From: Chlamydiota bacterium
GTDB lineage: Bacteria; Auribacterota; Tritonobacteria; UBA1439
Reading direction: 5' to 3'
Length of the DNA stretch: 57,391 bases
NCBI GenBank assembly: GCA_037133055.1
Contig: JBAXOY010000003.1
Coordinates: 1-57,391 of the forward strand
The position numbers and the translations under genes were made by a program. The notes below the pieces were generated by a model that was given only the letters and a program-made list of their open reading frames with translations, was not told the DNA's origin and made no database searches. Positions 1-8,206 of this stretch are shown here, one piece after another. Positions within the stretch are counted from its first letter, which is position 1, and the number at the start of each line of letters is the position of its first letter.

Positions 1-1068
1 GATCCGCCCGTTGATCCGCTCCTGCTGGCGCCCGGTGGCCGCGGCGGCCTGCGTGCGGAGATCGCCGAGCATGGCGTTGCGCATCTCCACGACTTGCGCG
101 TCGCTCGGCCTCGCGGTGAGGTTGGCGGCGCACGCATCGAACTCCTCCCTGAACTGGGCGCGCTGCTCCGGGGGCGCGAGAGGCTCGTAGCGGTCCGCGA
201 AATCCTTAAGGTTGCCCGCGATCTCGCGCGCCTCCGGCTGCCAGGAGTTCCGCGGGGGGGGCTCGATTCCCGCCGCGCTCAGCTCATCGCGCGGTATGTT
301 GTATTCCTCCATGAGGCGGTTCAGGCTTTGGATGCTGTCAAGGCGCTGGTAGTAGTCGAGCACCCCGGGGAGATCCTCGGCGCTCGCATTTTCGATGCTG
401 CCGATGCGGCTCTGGAGCAGCTCGCGTTCCCGGTCATTGGATGCCGACTCGAGCCGGGCGCGCAGATCGCGCAGCCTGGCGTCTTTTCTCTGCGGGACCG
501 GCACCGCCCCCGGCTGCTCCTTGAGGCGCGCGATGTAGGCGGCGAAGTCGTTCCGGAACTGCGCCCGCCTGCCCTCGTCGATCGTGTCCTCGTAGTCCTG
601 AATGAACTGCTCAAGGAGCGAGGCGACCGTCGCCTCCTCTCCGGACGCTGCGTCTCCGGAAGCGGCGAGCGCTGCGAGGGCGCGCGCGGGAGAATCCTTG
701 CCCTGCGCCACGCCGGGAGCCGGAGCGGGGGAGCGGCCGGCGAGGGTCCCCTTCGCCGCGGGGAACTGCTTCGCGGCGGTGAGCTCGGCCGTGAGCCTCC
801 TGAGCTCCGCCTCGTAGCCGATGATCCGCTGCTCGTAGCGGGTCAGGTCCGCCCGGCGCGCCGCGTCGAGATCGGATATCTTCCGCCGGGTTTGCTCCTG
901 GAGTTCGTGGTAGCGCTGCCGGTACTCGTCGGCCTTCCCGCACCCCGCGATGCCGAGCGCCGCGGCAAGGGCGAGCATGGTCACGGGGGGGGCAATAGCC
1001 CGCAGGAGGAGCCGGGTCGGCGACGGGACGCCGGGACGGCCGTTGAGGGTGGCTGCAGTTTTCATCAT
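1..1068 (-). CDS. hypothetical lipoprotein, C-terminus beyond window start
   Basis: The minus-strand frame is open from ATG-ATG at 1068-1063 to nt 1; it is absent from the ORF track because no stop lies in the window. MMKTAATLNG...MLALAAALGIAGCGK carries a lipobox (IAGC), and the rest is E/R/Q/A-rich and helical. An alternative start Met is at 978. The listed 94..1077(+) ORF is its Arg-rich shadow. Confidence 0.5.
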   Translation of the reverse strand, partial: MMKTAATLNGRPGVPSPTRLLLRAIAPPVTMLALAAALGIAGCGKADEYRQRYHELQEQTRRKISDLDAARRADLTRYEQRIIGYEAELRRLTAELTAAKQFPAAKGTLAGRSPAPAPGVAQGKDSPARALAALAASGDAASGEEATVASLLEQFIQDYEDTIDEGRRAQFRNDFAAYIARLKEQPGAVPVPQRKDARLRDLRARLESASNDRERELLQSRIGSIENASAEDLPGVLDYYQRLDSIQSLNRLMEEYNIPRDELSAAGIEPPPRNSWQPEAREIAGNLKDFADRYEPLAPPEQRAQFREEFDACAANLTARPSDAQVVEMRNAMLGDLRTQAAAATGRQQERINGRI

Positions 1069-1134
1069 GGCGTCTAGTCTAGCATGGCGGGGCGCTTTTG
1101 AGAACCGGGAAAAGGCGCGTTGTCGGGAACGTTG

Positions 1135-1563
1135 TCAATCGTCGTCCCGGGGGTTTTGCCCGGCGATCTCCTTCTCCAATCGCCAAAAGTCGGGGGGATT
1201 CAGAATCCTGATCCCCTCATATTCGTTGAGATCCGTCAGGTCCTTGTCGCCCGTGATGATGGCCGCGCATCTGCCGGCGACGGCGGTTGCCAGGATTAGG
1301 TCATCGTCCGGATCGCGGCAGACGGGCTGCGGGAGGGGCAATGGTGTAACGATGCGTGCCCGCGATCTCAACACCCGAACCGCGGCGCGGGCCTCTTCCC
1401 GTGTGAAGCCGAACGTGCGGACAAGCACATCCCGAAACTCATCCAGGATGCCCTTAGACAGAACGATTGCATGGTGCACGGCGCAGTATTCGAGCAACTC
1501 GTTACAGCTTCCGCGGGTAATGAAGGCTGTGATGAGGACATTGGTGTCCAGCACGATCTTCAT
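1135..1563 (-). CDS. PIN-domain ribonuclease toxin (type II TA)
   Basis: 142 aa. MKIVLDTNVLI carries the first PIN acidic residue, followed by DDDLILATAVAG and AIITGDKDL. The ATG overlaps the upstream antitoxin stop by 4 nt (ATGA). Confidence 0.85.
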   Translation of the reverse strand: MKIVLDTNVLITAFITRGSCNELLEYCAVHHAIVLSKGILDEFRDVLVRTFGFTREEARAAVRVLRSRARIVTPLPLPQPVCRDPDDDLILATAVAGRCAAIITGDKDLTDLNEYEGIRILNPPDFWRLEKEIAGQNPRDDD

Positions 1564-1778
1564 GAGACGCGGTCGAAAACATCCTGGTCAGTGCAGATAC
1601 CGCGCCGGGCTGCCTTGCGCACCATGTTCTTGCGCAGTGAACGAAACTGCCTGATGAAAAGATAGTCGCGTATGGATTCCCGGACGATGTCACTCCGCGA
1701 CACGCCCTCCAGGCTTGACACCCGGTCCAGTTCCGCCCGTATTGATTGAGGAAGGCTTATGGTAAGAGTGCTTCTCAT
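1560..1778 (-). CDS. ribbon-helix-helix (CopG-like) antitoxin
   Basis: 72 aa, MRSTLTISLPQSIRAELDRVSSLEGVSRSDIVRESIRDYL, a typical RHH N-terminus. AGGAGG lies 6 nt upstream of the ATG at 1778. The rest of the 1560..2744 ORF is a shadow of dtd/surE. Confidence 0.75.
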   Translation of the reverse strand: MRSTLTISLPQSIRAELDRVSSLEGVSRSDIVRESIRDYLFIRQFRSLRKNMVRKAARRGICTDQDVFDRVS

Positions 1779-1946
1779 GAGCTGCCTCCTGGTGCTGTAA
1801 TAGGATATCTTACACTCCATGAGCGCGTCAAGCAGTATTCCTCGCCGAACGTTCACCACGCGAGCGAAATATGCTGAAAGTGCGGGGTCTCTTCTGCATA
1901 ATAGCTTCTCTGGTCGACTGTCGGGGAAAAGACGGGGGACAGGATT

Positions 1947-2420
1947 ATGCGAGCCGTGGTGCAGCGGGTAAAGAAGGCGTCGGTCGAGATCAACGGCGAG
2001 GTGGTCGCCGCGACGGGTCGGGGGCTCCTGATCCTGCTTGGCGTCGGCGCGGATGACCGGGATGAGGACGCTGCATGGCTCGCGGAGAAGATCGCGAACC
2101 TCCGCATCTTCGAGGACGCAGGCGGCAAGATGATTCTCTCGATCCTCGACGTGAAAGGCGAGGCGCTCGTGGTGTCGCAGTTCACGCTCTACGGCGATTG
2201 CCGGAGGGGGCGGCGGCCGGGTTTCGACGCGGCGGCCCCGCCGGAGAAGGGGGAGCCGCTCTACGAGCGGTTCGCCGCGCTGCTGCGCGTCGCGGGCGTG
2301 CCGGTGAAGACGGGGCGGTTCGGGGCGAAGATGCTCGTGGCACTCGAGAACGACGGGCCGGTGACGATTATCGTCGAGAGCCCGGGAAACCCTCCACACA
2401 AGCCCGGGGATGTGGCATAA
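1947..2420 (+). CDS. dtd: D-aminoacyl-tRNA deacylase
   Basis: [20 protein letters not shown]...GLLILLGV...[18 protein letters not shown] matches the Dtd family along its full length. Confidence 0.93.
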   Translation: MRAVVQRVKKASVEINGEVVAATGRGLLILLGVGADDRDEDAAWLAEKIANLRIFEDAGGKMILSILDVKGEALVVSQFTLYGDCRRGRRPGFDAAAPPEKGEPLYERFAALLRVAGVPVKTGRFGAKMLVALENDGPVTIIVESPGNPPHKPGDVA

Positions 2421-2430
2421 TCGCCGCCCT

Positions 2431-3189
2431 ATGAAGATACTGCTCACGAACGACGACGGGATCAACGCCCCGGGGCTGCACGCCCTGCAGGCGCAGGTGA
2501 GGAAGGCGGGCGAAGTCGCGATCGTCGCCCCTGACAACGAGCGGAGCGCGGTGGGGCACGCCATCACCACCGTGGACCCGCTCAGGGTCACCGAGGTAAA
2601 ACGGGACGGCGAGGTGTACGGCCTGGCCGTCTCGGGGACCCCGGCGGACTGCGTGAAGATCGCCATCAAGTCGCTGCTCCCGTGGCGCCCCGATCTCGTG
2701 ATCTCCGGCATCAACCAGGGGCCGAACACGGGCATGAACGTCATCTACTCAGGGACCGTCTCGGCGGCCACGGAGGCGACGATGCTGGGAATCCCCGCCT
2801 TCGCCGTCTCCCTGGACAGCTTCACCGCGCGGGAGTTCGGCCCCGCCGCCCAATTCGCCCGCCGCCTCGCGGGAACGATTGCCCGGAAGGGCCTCCCGCC
2901 GGGGGTGCTTCTCAACGTGAACGTCCCCGCGATCCCGCAGGGCAAACTACGCGGGGTGCGCGTGACGAGGCAGGGGATGGCGCGGTTCTCCGAGGAGTTC
3001 CACAAGCGGATCGACCCGCGCGGTCATGCCTACTGGTGGCTCGGGGGGGATCTCCTTGAGATACAGGAAGACCCGGACACCGACAGCGCGGCGCTGAAGG
3101 AGGGGCTCGTGTCCGTGACCCCGATTCACTACGACATGACCGCGTACGGGAGCATCGCGCTGATCGAGAAGTGGAAGCTGAAGAAGTGA
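2431..3189 (+). CDS. surE: 5'/3'-nucleotidase SurE
   Basis: MKILLTNDDGINAPGL...SGINQGPNTGMNVIYSGTVSAATEA are SurE signature motifs. The ATG at 2431 was chosen over the ORF-track start at 2410. Confidence 0.93.
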   Translation: MKILLTNDDGINAPGLHALQAQVRKAGEVAIVAPDNERSAVGHAITTVDPLRVTEVKRDGEVYGLAVSGTPADCVKIAIKSLLPWRPDLVISGINQGPNTGMNVIYSGTVSAATEATMLGIPAFAVSLDSFTAREFGPAAQFARRLAGTIARKGLPPGVLLNVNVPAIPQGKLRGVRVTRQGMARFSEEFHKRIDPRGHAYWWLGGDLLEIQEDPDTDSAALKEGLVSVTPIHYDMTAYGSIALIEKWKLKK

Positions 3190-3287
3190 GAGGCTGTTCT
3201 TATCCGCCATTTCGGGGCGGGCGGGCCGAACGCTGGACTGGGCCGCGGCGGGTGTGCTACCATGGCGGCGTCAAAAGGGGAGAACGT

Positions 3288-3695
3288 ATGAGAACGATGG
3301 CGACACTGGTTTCTGTGATGATGGCCGCAGTGCTGGTTGCGGGCAGCCACGCGTGGGCAGACCAGGCGAAGGTCGAGACCGCCGACAGCGCCACCCGAAA
3401 CGCGAGCGGGAAGTTCGGCCGCGGCCTTGTCAACGTCACGACGGGGTGGGGGGAGCTGATCAAGTGCCCCCGGGAAATCAAACGGGACCGGGGCATGCTC
3501 CTCGGCGTCACCTGGGGGCCGCTCAAGGGCGTCGCCATGACGGTGGTCCGGACGACCGTCGGCGTGCTGGAGACCGGCCTCTTTTTCTATCCCCTCCCCG
3601 GCAACTATGACCCGATGCTCCAGCCCGAATTCATCTGGCCCGGCGATTGCTTCATCAGGGATCGCTCCGCCGCCGCGCCCCCGGTCGCCCCGTAG
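3288..3695 (+). CDS. exosortase-system-associated protein, TIGR04073-like
   Basis: Signal peptide MRTMATLVSVMMAAVLVAGSHAWA, then KFGRGLVNVTTGWGEL...GPLKGVAMTVVRTTVGVLETGLF..P..NYDPMLQPEF, the pattern I recall for TIGR04073. Confidence 0.7.
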   Translation: MRTMATLVSVMMAAVLVAGSHAWADQAKVETADSATRNASGKFGRGLVNVTTGWGELIKCPREIKRDRGMLLGVTWGPLKGVAMTVVRTTVGVLETGLFFYPLPGNYDPMLQPEFIWPGDCFIRDRSAAAPPVAP

Positions 3696-3699
3696 CGTC

Positions 3700-4599
3700 A
3701 TGGGGGGGGGATCGGCGCGCGAACCGCGTACCCCGCTCCCGCTCATCGGCGCGCACATGTCGATCGCGGGGGGCCTGGGCCAGGCGCTCATCCGGGGGCG
3801 GAAGCTCCGCTGCGAGGCGATCCAGATCTTCGTAAAAAGCACTGTCCGGTGGCGGATGCCGCCCCTCCGCCCGGACGAGGCCCGCCGCTTCGGCGAGGCG
3901 CGCCGCGAGAGCGGCGTCGGCATCGTCTTCGCACACTCCTCCTATCTCATCAATCTCGCCTCGTCGGATCCGCTCCTCCGGAAGAGGTCGATCGCCTCGC
4001 TGGAGGAAGAGGTGCGCCGATCCTCCGCGCTGGGGCTGCCCTTCATCGTGCTCCATCCCGGCGCTCACGGCGGCGCGGGCGAACGCGAGGGGATCAGGAA
4101 AATCGCCGACGGCCTCGACGAAGCGCTTGCCCCCGTCCCGGGAGAGGGCGTAAAGATCCTTCTCGAGACGACGGCGGGGCAGGGCACCAGCGTCGGGGGG
4201 CGCTTCGAACACCTCGCGGAGATCATCGCGGCATCAAGCCGGCCGGGACGGCTCGGGGTATGCTTCGACACCTGCCACGTCTTCGCCGCCGGGTACGACC
4301 TGCGCTCGCGGAAAGGCTACGCGCGCGCGATGGAGGAATTCGACCGCGCGGTCGGTCTCCCGGGGCTCAAGGCCTTCCACCTCAACGACTGCCGGGGACC
4401 GCTCGGCTCGCATCTCGACCGGCACACGCACATCGGGAAGGGGCGCCTCGGCCTCATACCCTTCTCCTTTCTCCTCAACGACCGGCGGTTCGCGGGGCTG
4501 CCGATGGTGCTCGAGACCCCGAAGGGCAGGGGCGCGGCGCTGGACCGCCGGAATCTCGCGGTGCTCAGGGGGCTGATCAGGGGGAGGACGGCATCCTGA
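3700..4599 (+). CDS. nfo: deoxyribonuclease IV (endonuclease IV)
   Basis: IGAHMSIAGG, HSSYLINLAS, VLHPGAH, LETTAGQGTSVG, CFDTCHVFAAGYD and HLNDCRGPLGSHLDRHTHIGKG cover the metal ligands of the Nfo family. Confidence 0.9.
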   Translation: MGGGSAREPRTPLPLIGAHMSIAGGLGQALIRGRKLRCEAIQIFVKSTVRWRMPPLRPDEARRFGEARRESGVGIVFAHSSYLINLASSDPLLRKRSIASLEEEVRRSSALGLPFIVLHPGAHGGAGEREGIRKIADGLDEALAPVPGEGVKILLETTAGQGTSVGGRFEHLAEIIAASSRPGRLGVCFDTCHVFAAGYDLRSRKGYARAMEEFDRAVGLPGLKAFHLNDCRGPLGSHLDRHTHIGKGRLGLIPFSFLLNDRRFAGLPMVLETPKGRGAALDRRNLAVLRGLIRGRTAS

Positions 4600-4633
4600 C
4601 CGCCGCCCCCTGCGACAGCCGCCCCCTGCGCCG

Positions 4634-4662
4634 TTGCCTGCGCCGGGCGTGAGTGCTATACT
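4634..4662 (+). promoter_or_regulatory. sigma70-like promoter candidate TTGCCT-N17-TATACT
   Basis: -35 TTGCCT at 4634-4639, a 17-nt spacer, and -10 TATACT at 4657-4662, about 55 nt upstream of the ATG at 4718. Confidence 0.45.
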
Positions 4663-4671
4663 TCAATCATC

Positions 4672-4713
4672 TTTTGGGATTTGGGGTTTGGGATTTGGGG
4701 TTTGGGATTTGAG
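4672..4713 (+). repeat. alternating 7-mer repeat TTTGGGA/TTTGGGG (x6), G-quadruplex motif
   Basis: Five G3-G4 tracts (4676-78, 4683-86, 4690-92, 4697-4700, 4704-06) are separated by 3-4 nt on the sense strand, immediately upstream of the ATG at 4718. Confidence 0.9.
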
Positions 4714-4717
4714 TATC

Positions 4718-5026
4718 ATGCCCATCTACGAATATCGCTGCGCGCGGTGCGACCGGGTGACCCCGCTCCTCGAGAATCGCGGCGCGTGGAATTTCTGGCG
4801 CAGGAAGTGCGCCGCCTGCGGCAGCAGGCGCGTGCGCAGGATATTCTCGACCTTTTCGACCGCGAAAAAGCAGTCGATGGGAGAAATGATCAACGAGATG
4901 CGGCGTCTCGGCCCCGTGAATTTCGTCCCCGCCCCTCCGCCCCGCCTCCAGGGGCCGCCGCCGGGCGGGTGCCCGTACGCGGCGGACGGCGGGGCGGGAG
5001 TGAAAGATTCCTCGGGGCCGCGATGA
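4718..5026 (+). CDS. FmdB-family zinc-ribbon protein (CxxC...CxxC)
   Basis: MPIYEYRCARCDRV...RKCAACGS..RVRRIFS is the canonical FmdB/CxxC_CxxC_SSSS N-terminus, followed by a Pro/Gly-rich tail. Confidence 0.8.
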   Translation: MPIYEYRCARCDRVTPLLENRGAWNFWRRKCAACGSRRVRRIFSTFSTAKKQSMGEMINEMRRLGPVNFVPAPPPRLQGPPPGGCPYAADGGAGVKDSSGPR

Positions 5027-5051
5027 CGGAGTGTGCGCGAGGGGTGCAGCG

Positions 5052-5165
5052 ATGACAATGAACGCGGATTTCTGGCAGCTCTTCACGATGGTGCTCGTGG
5101 GGCTCATCGTCGGCTCCATCGTGCTCGCGGCCCTGTGGTCATACATCTTCAAGGACCGCCCCTGA
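5052..5165 (+). CDS. 37-aa single-TM small protein (hypothetical)
   Basis: Below the ORF-track cutoff. ATG 5052 to TGA 5163-5165 encodes MTMNADFWQLFTMVLVGLIVGSIVLAALWSYIFKDRP, with GAGGGG 7 nt upstream. Confidence 0.4.
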   Translation: MTMNADFWQLFTMVLVGLIVGSIVLAALWSYIFKDRP

Positions 5166-5188
5166 GCGTTCCGGGCGGCGGGACGGCG

Positions 5189-5452
5189 ATGCGGCTCATC
5201 AAGGGGCTCGTCTGGTATCTCGCATTCAGCGCGCTCTGCGTTGCGGCGACGCTCGCCGCCATGCGGCAGATCGCCGTGCGCAGCGGCAACGAGGGCCTCT
5301 ACGAGGCGTGGCGGGGCGAAATCGGGGACGCCTTCGACGAGGCGGGCGTGTTTATCAGGGACTGGTACGAGAAGATCGAGAAGGTGACGCGCGGGAGCGG
5401 AGGCGCGGGGCGGCAGTCGGGAACCGTGAAATCGGACGGAGGTGGAGCATGA
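5189..5452 (+). CDS. small membrane protein (hypothetical)
   Basis: 87 aa. MRLIKGLVWYLAFSALCVAATLAAM is an N-terminal TM helix. The stop overlaps the next start (ATGA). Confidence 0.45.
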   Translation: MRLIKGLVWYLAFSALCVAATLAAMRQIAVRSGNEGLYEAWRGEIGDAFDEAGVFIRDWYEKIEKVTRGSGGAGRQSGTVKSDGGGA

Positions 5453-5637
5453 GGCGCGTCGTGTGCGGGATGCTGGCGGCGGCGCTGATCTGCGCCGCGG
5501 GGTGCGTGAAGGTGGACCTCGGACAGGCGAGCAAGGACTGGTCGAACGTGGGGAAGGGGTTTGCCGAAGGCTACAAGGCGCAGGGCGCGGGCGCCCCGCC
5601 GCCGCAGGCCCCCGCGGCGCCGCAGCCGGTGCAGTGA
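5449..5637 (+). CDS. small lipoprotein (hypothetical)
   Basis: 62 aa. MRRVVCGMLAAALICAAGCVKVD carries a lipobox (AAGC). Translationally coupled to 5189..5452. Confidence 0.5.
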   Translation: MRRVVCGMLAAALICAAGCVKVDLGQASKDWSNVGKGFAEGYKAQGAGAPPPQAPAAPQPVQ

Positions 5638-5644
5638 GCAAAAA

Positions 5645-5669
5645 GGAGGGGGCCGGACGGCCCCCCTCC
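5645..5669 (-). terminator. rho-independent terminator candidate
   Basis: GGAGGGGGCC-GGAC-GGCCCCCCTCC hairpin. On the minus strand it is followed by TTTTTGCTC and lies 26 nt after the stop of 5695..6366(-). An A-run on the other side allows bidirectional use. Confidence 0.6.
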
Positions 5670-5694
5670 GGAAGAATACGATCAGTCTGTCCCG

Positions 5695-6366
5695 TCAATC
5701 CTTGAAGTTGGTCAGGATATCCTTGGCGACGGCCGTTTTAAGATTTTGGAGCACCGGCGGCGTCAGGCTGTGGCGGATGTAGTTCTTGTTGAGCTGCCGC
5801 TCGGTGCGCTCCTCCCAGATGCTGAAGTTCCCGTAGGCCACCGCCTGCACCCGCCGGTTGAGCAGGACCTTGTCCGTCTTGATGTCCCGGATCCGGTATA
5901 CGACCTCCGCGGCCCCCTGCCATGTCTGCGCCTTGATGTTGAACGAGATCGGGAAGATGATGTACGTGAGGGCGACCGGGACCCCGAGCGAGTTCCACCC
6001 CTCGAAGCGGCAGAGCGATTCGGTGAGCTCCCCCTCCATGAGCAGGTTCGCCTTCCCCGCGAGCGCCTTCTCCTCGATGCGCGCGCGGTCGTCGTTTTTG
6101 TCGACGGGCACCGTGAAGACGTTCATGAACGCCTTGTTCCGTTCGAGCTCGTCCTGGAAGAGTTCCCGCAGTTCGTCTCCGCCGATGAAGAGGGGGTAGC
6201 GCGCGAAGCTCTTGTCCTGAAAGCGGCCGATGGCGAGGCCGTGTCCGAACGGCTTGTCCGGCGGGTTATAGTAGGTGAGGGGACGGGGCGGCGTATTGAT
6301 GCCTCCCCCGCAGCCGAAGACGGCGGGGAGGAGGAAGAGTTGAAGGCAGGCGAGCGTTCTTCTCAC
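5695..6366 (-). CDS. hypothetical lipoprotein
   Basis: 223 aa. MRRTLACLQLFLLPAVFGCGGG carries a lipobox. The composition is normal and codon-biased, with no recognisable family. Confidence 0.7.
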   Translation of the reverse strand: MRRTLACLQLFLLPAVFGCGGGINTPPRPLTYYNPPDKPFGHGLAIGRFQDKSFARYPLFIGGDELRELFQDELERNKAFMNVFTVPVDKNDDRARIEEKALAGKANLLMEGELTESLCRFEGWNSLGVPVALTYIIFPISFNIKAQTWQGAAEVVYRIRDIKTDKVLLNRRVQAVAYGNFSIWEERTERQLNKNYIRHSLTPPVLQNLKTAVAKDILTNFKD

Positions 6367-6464
6367 GGGGCGGTCTCCTTATGGGGCTCCGGGACGCCGG
6401 GCGAACTGCCGCGTAGCCCCGGTTACGGATTGCACACGCGCACGGCACACTGTATCATTTACCC

Positions 6465-8192
6465 ATGGGAAATTCAAAGTTTAAACGTCTCCTCGCGCGC
6501 CTCTCGATCCTGCTCCTCCTCGCCGCCGCGGCGATCGCCCTCTACTCCTATCCGCGCCGCCGGGTCCCCGCGATGCTCCGTCTCGTGCCACGGGAGGGGC
6601 TCGCGGTGTGCGTCAGGGCCCGGGGGCTCGGGCCTGTCTGGCGCCGCTGCGCGCGCTCGGAGTTCGGGCGCAAGGTCGGGAGGGGCGGGATATTCCCGAT
6701 CGACGAAATGATCGCCGCGGACAAAGAGGTGAGGGATGCATGGGAGGATATCGATACCACGTACTGGCCCGAGGCGCTCGGGAGGGACTGCGTCCTCGGG
6801 GTCTACGCGGGGGAGGGGGAACGTCCCCTCCGTGCCGCCGTGTGGGCCAGGATCGGCTTCAGGGCCCGCCTGTTCCACCTGTGGGAGAGGACGCGCGGGG
6901 CACTGTGCTTCCGGCGCGCGAAGAGGATTCGCGCGCGGCGCGTGGGGGGCCTCGTCGTCGTCTCGGTCATGAACCGTAAACAGGGGACGGAGGATTTCAG
7001 CTATACCCTCCTGGGCGACCTCGGCATCGCGACGACGGGGCGCGGCGACGGTTTCTGGGAAGGCGTCGCCGCGCTCGCGGTCGGGGACGCCGGGGCGGGA
7101 AAGAGCGCCGGGGGGCTGATCGCCGAGGTGCCGGCCCCCGGCGGCGGTAAGGCTCGCGGGGCGCTTTTCGCCGATGTCGGGGCCCTGCGGGGCCATGCCG
7201 ACGCGAGGCTGCGGGCCATCGCGAAGGCCTCCCCGAAAACGGGGCGGAAGTACTCGGCGGTGTGGGACCCCGCGCGTGCGGTCATCGCGGGGTGGAAGAC
7301 CGCGACAGCGTCCTTCACGCTCGGGGAACGGACCGAGGCGGAGGTGCGCATCGAGCGCTCCGGCGGCGAGCCGGCGAGGCCTCTCTCCGCCGAGCCGCTC
7401 GAGGGGCTCATGGCGCAGCGCGGCATCCTGTACGCGGCAGGCGGGTGGGACCCGCGCGGCCTCCTCGACCGCGCGCGCCGGAATTGGCCGCGCGGGCAGG
7501 TCCGGTTCGAGGGCAGGGGGGGCGTCACGGCATTCCCCGCGGGGCATTTTTCCCTCGACTGGCTCGGGGAGGAGTGGGAGTTTCTCCTCTACCTCGACGG
7601 GCGGGGGATGCTCAACGCCGCGTCCTCATTTCAGGTGCGCAACCGGCGTGACGCGCGCGAGCGGGTCGCGCGATTCCTGAAACTTGCGGACGGCGCGACG
7701 ATCCGTTTCAGCGACGGGCGGGGGGGCGAATGGGCGCCCGTCGAAAAGCCCCTCGACGTACAGGCGGTGCGCGGGGGAAAGGGGCTCTGTTACCGCATCG
7801 GCCCCGGGGCGCCGATCGAGTATCTCTATAATCCCACTCTCATTGTGCAGAACGACCGCCTGGTGATCGCCAGCGCCGACCCGCGCGAAGAGGCGTCCCC
7901 GGGCGGCGGACCGCCCGCGGCGGGGGAACGGGCGGCTCCCGTCACGGGGAAATTCATCCTGCGGGGGAGCGCCGCGGACCGCGCCGCCTCCTCCCTGCGG
8001 CAGGTCCTCGCGGTCGCGGGGGCATTCGTCGGGGAGCGCCGCGACCGGCGGCGGATCGAGGAGGCGCGCCGCGTGCTCGGCGCGCTCGAGTGGCTCGCCC
8101 CCCTGCGCGAGGCGCGCGCGCTCGTCGCCGAGGAGAAGGGCGCAACCCGCGTCTCGCTCACGGCGGATATCGCGGATGTGCGGGCGCCGTGA
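6465..8192 (+). CDS. hypothetical membrane-anchored protein
   Basis: 575 aa. N-terminal anchor KRLLARLSILLLLAAAAIALY followed by a large soluble domain. No motif recognised. Confidence 0.6.
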   Translation: MGNSKFKRLLARLSILLLLAAAAIALYSYPRRRVPAMLRLVPREGLAVCVRARGLGPVWRRCARSEFGRKVGRGGIFPIDEMIAADKEVRDAWEDIDTTYWPEALGRDCVLGVYAGEGERPLRAAVWARIGFRARLFHLWERTRGALCFRRAKRIRARRVGGLVVVSVMNRKQGTEDFSYTLLGDLGIATTGRGDGFWEGVAALAVGDAGAGKSAGGLIAEVPAPGGGKARGALFADVGALRGHADARLRAIAKASPKTGRKYSAVWDPARAVIAGWKTATASFTLGERTEAEVRIERSGGEPARPLSAEPLEGLMAQRGILYAAGGWDPRGLLDRARRNWPRGQVRFEGRGGVTAFPAGHFSLDWLGEEWEFLLYLDGRGMLNAASSFQVRNRRDARERVARFLKLADGATIRFSDGRGGEWAPVEKPLDVQAVRGGKGLCYRIGPGAPIEYLYNPTLIVQNDRLVIASADPREEASPGGGPPAAGERAAPVTGKFILRGSAADRAASSLRQVLAVAGAFVGERRDRRRIEEARRVLGALEWLAPLREARALVAEEKGATRVSLTADIADVRAP

Positions 8193-8206
8193 CCATCCCG
8201 GGACCC

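Noticed and set aside
94-1077. 327-aa plus-strand ORF at the window start
   Set aside because: It is Arg/Gly/Pro/Leu-rich with no motifs. It is the antisense shadow of the open-ended minus-strand lipoprotein gene (1-1068), which has a proper signal peptide and normal composition.
4667-5698. 343-aa minus-strand ORF across the small-protein operon
   Set aside because: It has extreme R/P/A/G composition, typical of an off-frame ORF in high-GC DNA. The plus-strand genes have SD sites, coupling overlaps and recognisable FmdB and lipobox features.
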